Assembly (NCBI RefSeq): GCF_009914755.1
Contig: NC_060930.1
Source of the DNA: the human T2T-CHM13v2.0 reference genome, Homo sapiens
DNA length: 64,000 nt
Strand: one strand, 5' to 3'
In this document: positions 29,953 to 40,829 of the stretch, piece by piece
Layout of the letters: every line of letters begins with the position of its first letter
Position numbering within the stretch: position 1 is the first letter of the stretch
The notes under the pieces: model-generated
What the model saw: only the letters and a program-made list of their open reading frames with translations
Databases searched by the model: none
What the model was told of the DNA's origin: nothing
Position numbers and translations under genes: made by a program

Positions 29953-31813
29953 GATGGAGGGAAGAGCAGGCTTCCAGTGCAATGGACAGAAGAGGGAGCC
30001 TGCAAGTTGGTAACAGAGTCTATTAGGGAAAGAGAGAGTCACTTGAATCCTCAGAGCTGCTCCTGTCAACTGCTTTGTGCAGTTTTTGTGACTTATTAGC
30101 TGCTTGTTTGCACTCTATCTACGCCTGCCCAGGTGTGTTTGGGCCCTAGAGCGAAGGGAGCACAGGCGTTCATTTAGAAACTTATCCCTCCGTCCAAATA
30201 TTGGATGCTTACCATGTGCCTGGTGCAATGCAGGGTGATACAAAGAGGAAGATAAGTGAGGCATTCTTATCGAAGGACCAGACACTCTTCCAGCCTGACT
30301 ATATTCATTACACTCGTGCCTGACCTTTCTTTGACTCTAAGATTCTTCCTTTCTAAATGTGAATCTTAAAGACTGAAGTCTTTGATCTAAGACTGCTTTC
30401 TTATCACATCACATCCAACAACCAACTTTTCACAGCTTCCCAGATCCCAAATTCTGTTTAGCAAGGACACTTGGATTTTTTTGTTTTTTGTTATAAATGA
30501 CCTCTTCAGGTTCATATTTTCACTATGTCCAGAATTCTTATTTTATTCTGTTTTGTGCTGACATTGGAGGCAGAGTCTGTGTCACAGAATACACCACTAG
30601 GGGTTACCCTGGACATGGAAGGGTATTCACTCGGGGAAGAAATTTTAATGGAATTTTTAATATCTAGAGCTGTCATTATCCTGTGATGGTTCACAAGAAA
30701 TGGAACACTTAAAAATTTCTACAGAAAAAAAGGAAAATGTCATGAGGCAGTTTTTAGTACTTCCATCCCTTTCCTGGCTGCTCTAACTTTACAGGTACTT
30801 GTAAGTGGCAATTAAGCACTTTTTCCTAATTCCAGAGTCTTGCCCCACTTCAGAGCAACATAGAGTGGCCTAGACAGGCTGAGGTACTTTGCCGCTTCAG
30901 TCATCATTAATCTATGGTATTTACTGATGAGAAGTAAAGTGGTAGAAGAAAAAAAAATTTTCTGTTATCCTGGGCACTTGGAAATGAATGTATTCTCACA
31001 ATCTGTTCTCAAAACAACTTACTGATTCTGGGGTTCTGGAAGCTCTGATGTGCAGGTGAGCCTTTTAAATTCCTCACTGTTGGAGCTCCTATCTAGGACT
31101 CACTGGCTGGATGAAAACGGTTCTTTTTATTGCTTTCTGAATGTCTGCTAGACAGGCGTAAGCAACACCTTATATCTGCCTTCTGAAAAAGGTAAAAGAA
31201 CTGGGACCCATCCACCATGCTGGACAGCTCGGCAGTGGCAGTGGCCTCCCCCAGACCCTGTTCCGAGTGCTCCACCAACAAACTCACCAGCAGTCAGAGT
31301 CTAGCCTCTCCCCAAACTTCACCTTCATCACAATTCATTTTAAGCCCTTCCACAACCCAATCAACTCTAGATCTACTTAATGGATAATAATTTGATCTCA
31401 TGCAAACTGCACTTTCCTCTTCTCAGAATGATCCTTCTACCCCTTAATTAAACATTTGAGAGTGAAAGAAGAGAAAATTCGGGTTCAAAGATTGGTAAGT
31501 CTAAGAAACCTAAGGAAAAGGAGTTAGTAAACATGTTAATCAAAGAGTGAGCACTTTTCGGAAGCGCAACATTCAGATACCTTTCTTGATTGGATTCCAG
31601 AAGACTATTTCTGGGAAGAGGAGATTTGCATTTTTCTAAAGTCTTCTACCCACAGCCTAACCACCCTAGGGCTTTGAAATATTTTTTTTCTGATGTGCAG
31701 TCATAATTGAATAAATAAAATGATTCCTGATCATTTCTTCTCTTCAGCTTTATAATGACATCACTAGGAATCACAACATGTAAGGATTGAAAGTGACCTC
31801 AGAGACTCTAGTT

Positions 31814-31831
31814 CAGCGCCCCCTTTTGACA
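31814..31831 (-). promoter_or_regulatory. Candidate CTCF site (reverse orientation) within a MIR relic
   Basis: Minus strand TGTCAAAAGGGGGCGCTG; flanks match MIR (gacctcagagactctagttc...gagaaattgag...ggttaagtggttggcc). Confidence 0.55.
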
Positions 31832-32138
31832 GGTAGAGAAATTGAGCCCCCTCCATGGTTAAGTGGTTGGCCACATGGTGACTTACTCAGTGGCTTTAGT
31901 TTACAAAGCAAACCGCTAATTATTAGGTAGTAGAATTACTACTTTCATGTTATCTTTAATTTTTAAAATTATCAAAAAACATTAGTTAAGTCTGTATCAC
32001 TGGTGCTGCAGAACCTGAACAGGTGCTGCTGTGGCCTGGGCCCTACAGATGCAATTCTCACATTGCCCCACCCTGAGAAAGGACCGACAAGGGAATCTGC
32101 TTGTCCAAGTTCGAGGGGTTGGTGAAGAATAGGACAAA

Positions 32139-32454
<316 letters not shown>

Positions 32455-32828
32455 TCAAACACCACTAAATATAAAATATAATCTTATCATTCCTTATCCT
32501 CAATGATACTTTCCATTTTTTTCTGTACATGGCAAAACATTTATACACCATAGTAGGCAGTTAAAAATGTATAGTATATTCACATTTGCCACCATCAGGG
32601 AACTAGATAATGAGTTAATTTTTTGATGACCACTCTGAAATTTTATTTTAACTATTCTAATTAATATGCCTTAGTTAACATATGGTAGGAACCAGAATGA
32701 ATATCTTCTGGATTACTCTGAGTAGTGAGTATATTGTGTTGTCATACAATGATGTCCTGAAGAGTAACTGATGTGTCAAATACAGTCACCTTTGCTCCTT
32801 CTCTCAGTTGCTTCTGGCTGATGGTCCT

Positions 32829-33268
32829 TGTGATGGTTAATATTGCATGTCAACTTGATTGGATTGAAGGATACAAAGTATTGATCCTGGGTGTGTCTGT
32901 GAGGGTGTCGCCAAAGGAGAGAAACATTTGAGTCAGTGGGCTGGGAAAGGCAGACCCACCCTTAATCTGGGTGAGCACAATCCAATCAGCTGCCAATGCA
33001 GCAAGAATATAAGCAAGCAGAAAAATGTGAAAAGAGAGACTGGCCTAGCCTCCCAGCCTACATCTTTCTCCCATGCTGGATGCTTCCTGCCCTCAAACGT
33101 TGGACTCCAGTCTTTAGTTTTGGAACTTGGATTGGCTCTCCTTGCTCCTCAGCCTGCAGGCAGCCTATTGTGGGACCTTGTGATCATGTGAGTTAATACT
33201 TAATAAACTCCCCTTTATATATATCTATTCCATTAGTTCTGTCCCTCTAAAGAACACTGACTAATACA
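32829..33268 (+). mobile_element. MLT2A1 (HERV-L) solo LTR
   Basis: TGTGATGGTTAATA...CTGACTAATACA, 440 bp, perfect 5-bp TSD GTCCT. Confidence 0.9.
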
Positions 33269-33299
33269 GTCCTCAACATTGTGCTCATTTACACCATGA

Positions 33300-33930
<631 letters not shown>

Positions 33931-34409
33931 CCAAAAAACTCTTTAAAAACTCCACACCTCTTCACACATTTTAAAGATGGCATCTAAATATTTTACCATA
34001 AGTTAAAATAGTTGCAGAGTCTATATTTTCCAAGGTACTGTATAATGCATATTCCTTTATTATATGCGTCAAAGCAAGGAACTACAGATCCAATCTGTAG
34101 ATAACATCTGCTACATATGCTAATCGGCCTCAGTGTCAAACCAAATGTCAAATAATACTTATTTTCCACCAGCAAATTTTTAAGTTCAGATAAAAACATA
34201 CATGTGCATCTTCTGTGACAGTATTCTCATTTTTGAATTCTTACTCTAAAATAAATAGATTATAGCTGGAAGGAAGGAAGGAAGGGATGGAGGGAGGGAG
34301 GGAGGGAGACTCTCTATGAATTAGAATTTGAGATCTGAAGTTTGCAGGAGGAGCAAACAGGCCCAATCCCCAACTTATACTGAAAAATGGTGAAAAAGCA
34401 ACTAGATCT

Positions 34410-35215
<806 letters not shown>

Positions 35216-36568
35216 AAACTGGACTAGATTTGACCAGGCTCAATCTGAACTAGTCCATCGATGTCTTGCAGGTGGTGTGATACCAGACTAAATCACTCTG
35301 GCCTGGGGAACTACAATAATGTACTATAGTGCCAGTAAGACAATGGTGTCTATCACAGGAGACTACTCAGTATACTCTGTCTACTCTGCTGCACATAGTA
35401 GACACCGTCGTCTTGCTGGCACCAAATAAGAAGGCCATCCCCTCTGGACTGGGGATGCAGCTCCATGCAGCAAGTGGCAATTGCCATGATCTTCCTGAGA
35501 AGGGGCAGATCTGAAAAGCACAAATGAAAATTTCAAGGTTGGGGGAAGAAACTGGGTGGGAAGGGAGAGAAATGTTTCATTCTTTGGGACTTTAGAGAAG
35601 AAGGGTTCAAGAATCAGGGTCAAGGTTTCGCCCAGGGAACCGCTGCTGGGAGCCCAGCGGTGAGAGGAGCTGGCTCCTGGACGTGGAGGCAGGCTAGTGG
35701 CTGCAGGGAAGGTAACATGAGGCCAGCCCTGGGTCTCTGAACTGAGAGCTGCTGTAAGTTGTTCTCTGTGTCTACATTGGATGTAGATTTGCCAAAGCAA
35801 ATGGAGGTAAGGCAAGGATCGGTGCAGGTCCTCAGGACAAAAGCTCAGAGAGTTGAGCAGCTGCCCTGCCTTGAAGGACCTCCGGGCAGGCCCTCTCTCC
35901 CCCTCTGTAAGTCATTCCTGCTGGTCAGCCCGCTGACTCACAGAAGGGCCCCACAGACTGCAGCTTTTCACCCCTCTTTTTCCTGCACTCCATGTTGTCT
36001 ACTCCCCAGTCCCCACTTGAAACCTAGGTAGGAACATAAGGCCTTTAAAGAAAGACAGATAAATCAAAATCACCTGTATAATTAGGTAGGCTCTGTGCCT
36101 GAGGAAGGGGTGTCAGCCCTTCCCCTGGTGAGTAAAACACACAGACCCATACTTGCACTTTTCAGTAGCCAAAGCAATATTTTTTGCTTAATTTCTGATT
36201 TCAGGTCTTTCATGAGTGGGTGACAGCACCAGACATATGTGGTTCAAATATATCTGGAGATTGAAACATTTGAATATAAAGACTCATCGAAGAACATTTT
36301 TCCCTCATCAACTTCATGAATATCGTATAAATTCCACATGGATAGTTTATGTAGACATTGAGTGTGCTGCCCTCCCGGGCTCACGGGGAAACCAGGGCTT
36401 AGTGTGCCCTGCCTCGGGGCATTGAGCAGCAGATGGGAAGCAGCAGTGACCTGGTGCTGAGAAAACACATCTCCTCCTGGCTTTTGTTTTGCCAAAGTCC
36501 AGACTGATGGAGTGGGATTGCTCTGGATTGTCCGACTGACGGGGGGAAGAGAGGCCAGTGCTTGGGTT

Positions 36569-37390
36569 TGTGTTAGTTTCCAAGGGCTGCATAACAACGC
36601 ACCACACTCTGGGTGTCTTAAAACAACTGCAATGTATTCTGTCATGATTCCGGAGGCTGGAAGTATAGATTAAAGATGTCAGAAGGTCCCTGCTCTCTCT
36701 GAAAATCCCAGGGAAGACCCCTTCCTTGCCTTTTCCGCTTCTGGTGTTTGCTGGCTGTCCTTGGCATTTCCTGGCTTGTAGACACATCCCTTCAATTGCT
36801 ACCTTCGTTGTCACTTGGCTTTCTCTCCTTATGTCTGTTTCTCCTCCTCTTCTCATAAGGATGCCAGTCACACTGGAGTAGAGCCCACCTGCCTGCTGTA
36901 TGACATTTTACCTAATTACATCTGCAAAGACTCAATTTATAAATATGGTTTTATTCTGAAGTTTTAGGGAATACATGAATTCTGAGGGACATGATTGATA
37001 TGGTTTGGCTGTGTCCCTACCCAAATCTCATCTTGAATTGTAGCTCCCATAATCCTCGCATGCCATGGGAGGGACCCAGTGAGAGGTAATTGAATCATGA
37101 CGGTGGGTTTTTCCCATGCTGTTCTTGTGAGAGTGAGTGAGTTCTCACGAGATCTGATGGTTTTATAAGAGGCTTTTCCCCCTTTTGCTCAGCACTTCTC
37201 CTTGCTGCTGCCATGTGAAGAAGAACATGTTTGCTTCCCCTTCCATCATGTTCGTAAGTTTCCTGAGGCCACCCCAGCCATGCTGAACTGTGAGTCAATT
37301 AAAACTTTTTCCTTTATAAATTACACAGTCTTGGGTATGTCTTTATTAGCAGCATGAGAACAGACTAATACAACGATTCAATCCAGTGTT
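36569..37390 (-). mobile_element. MLT1C-like MaLR LTR (THE1 inserted near its end)
   Basis: tgtgttagtttccaagggctgcataac...gccagtcacactggagtagagcccacc...ttcaatcc. Confidence 0.8.
36996..37372 (+). mobile_element. THE1C-like solo LTR
   Basis: TGATATGGTTTGGCTGTGTCC...CAGACTAATACA; TSD atgat/acgat (one CpG change). Confidence 0.92.
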
Positions 37391-37986
37391 AGAGCTAAAG
37401 AGTCAGAAGCAACCCCTTGACAAACGGGGCTTTGAGGATTTAGGTAGAAGACTAAGGGTTTTGTGGTACCACAATCTCCAAGGACTCCAACCGTGTTCCC
37501 CATGGGGCCCTGGAGGTGCCAGGGCCTGGGTTACCATGGCTATCTGATGCACTAGAGGGGCTTGGACACAAAGCACATGACTACCACCTCAGCAAAAATC
37601 CCCGGGCCCAAGTATGGCACCAAAGAAACAAAACCACCCCATAAAGGGACCATGAAATATGTAATGTAGACAGCTCCACCGTGACCACTGTAGATCCATG
37701 ACCAGAGGCTGCTTCTCAACATTGTGAACCATGTGAAACCTCCACATCATTCCGCAAACCTGGAAGAAATAGAGCCCCAGATGGCTGAGATTGAATTTGC
37801 TGTCAACCAGAGTTTATGTGGTTGATTTATAGGAATTCAAGAAATGTGACATTTCTTATACCACATGATGTGGAACAAAATTCATAACAACTACACAAGA
37901 GGAATAGTTCCAGGATTTATGTGTATTCTTGGGCAATTCGTGGCTGGTCAAAATCCATAAAATTGTATGCCATAGATTGTTTTGAC

Positions 37987-39290
37987 AAGGCCTTAACTCT
38001 TTTGGAGAATTGATTGACAGGGCTGAGTTAGGATTTTCTTAAGTGTTGAGTTGGGACAAACCAGTGGATTTTGAAACAACACTTTTTAAAAACCTGTAAA
38101 ATGCTTTAGGACTCCTGGGCAAGCACTGAGTGAGATATTAACAAACATGTCAGAAAACCCAAAGACAACTTTACTTGAGTTTATTGGAGTGATGTTGCTA
38201 TTTATCCCAGGAGAGCATCGTGAAAAGGAAATGACACAGGGGCGACCTTTAAGGCCACTATCTCAGATTCTGAATGTCTCTTAAAAAATGAACTCTTCTC
38301 CAGGAATGCAAGGGTAGCCCCAGTGTCTTTCAACGTGGGCACGCTGTTGAAGTTGCAGGCCAAGCAGCAGGAATTGGTGGTCAGGGAAGCCCAAGGTGGA
38401 AATCAATCAGAAAATAAGCCACTGCAGGTTCCAGGCTGGGGGAAGTGTGAATATTAAGTAGATGGTACCACAGTGACAGATAATTAGGTCCAGAAATGAT
38501 GCCAACTGATGAAATATCTCAGATAGATTAGTTTCCTTAGGACTGTTGTAACAAAGCACTACAAACTGAGCAGCTTATAAAATAGACATTTATTGTCTCA
38601 CAGTTCTAGGGCTACAATTCCAAGATCCAGGTGTCAGCAGAGCCACACTCCCTTGGAGGGTGCTAAGGAAGGCTTCCAGATCTCTCCTGTCTTCAGGTAG
38701 TTCCTTGGCTTGTGGCAGCATAATTCCAACCTTCCCATGGTGTTCTCCCTGCATGTATCTATCTCCAAATTTCTACTTAAGAACGTCCGTCATATTGGAT
38801 GAGAGACCCACCCTAACCCAGTGATTCCCTCTTCTTAACTAATTGTGTCTATATAGATTCTATGTCCAATAAGGTCACATTCTGAGGTACTGGGCATCAG
38901 ACTTCAATGTATGGATTCTGCAGAGACACAGTTTGAGTGTCTTTGCTTAGGACGATCTTTCTCAGACACTGCACCTGACTCTCTGAGAACTTTAGAAATA
39001 GAAGAGGATTTAGGGTCCACTGAAAACCAGAAGACACTTAAGGTCACCTCCCTAAGCATCTACCTAAAAGGTTTTCAGAAAGGATGGGGTCTGTATTTAC
39101 ACTCGGATTCAAGTCTTTGGTACTGAAGGAACTGGCCTGGGAGCTGTAGACCAGGCTTGTGTAAAGCAGGCATGGGCTCATCAACACTGAGTGTCTCGCT
39201 CTACTGCACACTCACCCTCCCTCAACTCTATATATTCCCTCTCCACCCCCATGGCTCTCCTTTCCAACAAAGCAGGTGAAGGAGAGTGGG
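37987..39290 (+). pseudogene. Decayed Gypsy gag homologous to PNMA-family (Ma antigen) capsid proteins; stops, frameshifts and an MLT1B insertion
   Basis: Collinear fragments: KALTLLEN*; PVDFE...L*NALGLLGKH*V; ENPKTTLLEFIG...IPGE; FKATISDSECL; QK*CQLMKYLR; TAPDSLRTLE...GSTEN; VDQACVKQ/MGSSTLSVSLYCTL; PPPWLSFPTKQVKE. Confidence 0.82.
38524..38945 (-). mobile_element. MLT1B-like MaLR LTR inserted in the gag relic
   Basis: attagtttccttaggactgttgtaacaaag...ggtagttccttggcttgtggcagcataa...aaggtcacattctgaggtactggg. Confidence 0.82.
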
Positions 39291-40290
39291 AAGAGCAGGG
39301 CAAGGAAGCTATTACTCACTTCCATGAATACAGGAGCTAGACATGGATGGGTTAACTTCAGTAGTCCATGTCTTGCTTGCTGTGATAGATGGGAATTTAC
39401 CACAGCAACAAAAAGCCCTGACTGCCCTTGTGCAGGCCTTGGGGAGCTTGATGTGGACATCCTTCCATAGGCCTGGAAGCTGAGCATTTAAGGCTGGGTA
39501 CCCTCTGGTCTGGCCCAGATGTGAATCCCACTTGGTCCTTGAAAAAGTGGCCTGGAATCCAAGTGAAGCAACTGCACCGTGGAGGAGGCCTCCAGTGGTT
39601 CCAATGGAGACCAGGAGCCCAGTTTAGTAGGAAGATTCAGAGCAAGCCACTGAAGGTTTACAGAAGCACAATGGCCTTGTTTTTGCTCTTCTGATGGTAG
39701 ACTGCATCCACTGATGAACCGGCAGCTAGACTGGGGAGATGAGGTGTGTTTATGGTGATCCTGGAAAATCAGGGAGGGGCAGGGAGTGGAAACACTCCAA
39801 ATAACACTCCAAATGAGGCTTTGCTGGCTCCTTTAGTTTTCCCTTTTACTCCAAACTACAGAAGTCCTAAAATGGGAAGGAGAATGGTGAGAAGGAAGAG
39901 GGTACTGGCCTAGTTAGAGGACCAGATTTATTTTGGTCAAAAATTGACGTTTTTCCTCTCCTGATGCCTTTAAACCAAACACTGCTCCCCAAAAGCTGGG
40001 GCTTTTTAGGCACTTGACCAGACTAGGAAGATTCCAAGACTGAGATGCACAGTGAGCTTAGGGGTTGCCTCCCCAATCTGGGACTCGGCTCACTTATTGC
40101 AGACCCTGTCTCCCATGCCTGGTCCTGAGGACATCTGGAGAAGATCCCTCACCAACCAACAGGTGGCTTCAGGTGGTGGGGGTGAGCATCCTGGGAAACC
40201 GGGGCCTGGCCCTCTTGGAGGGACATCAGGGTGGGGAATACATTTTCTTTTCAGAGACTCAAAGATCCTTTGGGAGGTGGGAGGGAAAGA

Positions 40291-40820
40291 TGCGAGATCT
40301 CTGTTTGAAAATATCAGTTTGCGTTTAGGTCTTGCTGCTACAGTACGTTTTCCTCTCCTCCCTCCCAGAAGATAGCCTGGCCTTTGTGTTCCCAGCCAGC
40401 ATGAGGGACGCTTTGTGTGGCTCTGCAGGAAGTATCCGTTGCCAGGCACCCAGAAGACACCCCTCCTCCTGGCTTTTGTTTTGCCTAGGCCTGGGCTGTT
40501 GGAGGGGAATTGTGCTGCCTGAGAGGGACAGAGAATGAGTGAGTGCTCAGGGTTGAAAAGACCCACGCAGCTGTAGGGGAGGGAGGTTTTCAAGAGCTCT
40601 CCTCTGGAACTAAGAAGGGAATGGGGCTTCTGTGATTTCCACACCTAGAGAAGCAACGCTTTCCCCAACATATCTTGAGTGTTTGGGGGTGGAAGATGGC
40701 AGAATCACGGAAGATTGCATTCCGGGTTCATGCAGAATGGCTGCCCCTCCACTCCTCACCCAGTCCTAGTAGAAATTAGAAAAGGAAGCCTTAAGCTGGC
40801 CCCCTCACACACAGGGGTGG
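40291..40820 (+). mobile_element. 3' LTR of the MamGyp-like element (3' end not resolved, probably truncated by L1-like DNA)
   Basis: Begins with TG after the PPT; aligns by eye with both halves of the 5' LTR (ggaag...agaagacac...ctcctcctggcttttgttttgcc; gggcttctgtgatttccaca...caacgctttcccca). Confidence 0.7.
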
Positions 40821-40829
40821 GTGAGCGGA

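Larger units (their letters stand above)
36238..37895 (+). mobile_element. 5' LTR of an ancient mammalian Gypsy element (MamGypLTR1-like), interrupted by MLT1C and THE1C
   Basis: TGTGG start; ends aagaaatgtgacatttctt...attcataacaactaca; homologous to 40291-40820, including an identical 23-mer CTCCTCCTGGCTTTTGTTTTGCC. Confidence 0.72.
37896..40290 (+). mobile_element. Internal region of the MamGyp-like Gypsy provirus (PBS, gag, pol remnants, PPT)
   Basis: Degenerate tRNA-Ser PBS at 37900-37917; PNMA-like gag relic; PPT GGGAGGTGGGAGGGAAAGA at 40272-40290 directly before the TG of the 3' LTR. Confidence 0.75.

Noticed and set aside
34268-34308. (GGAA)4/(GGAG)n tract as an EWS-FLI1 element or G4
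   Set aside because: Very short, common low-complexity purine repeat
35307-35320. GGGAACTACAAT as a ZNF143/THAP11 motif
   Set aside because: Lacks the TCCCA half and is not in a promoter context
37987-39290. Processed pseudogene of an extant PNMA gene, or a functional PNMA gene
   Set aside because: Flanking LTRs, PBS and PPT point to a retrotransposon; multiple stops, frameshifts and an MLT1B insertion exclude an intact gene
36347-40644. Minus-strand ORFs 36347-36871 and 40090-40644 sharing GKTKARRR as a duplicated gene
   Set aside because: The shared peptide is the antisense reading of the 23-mer common to the two Gypsy LTRs
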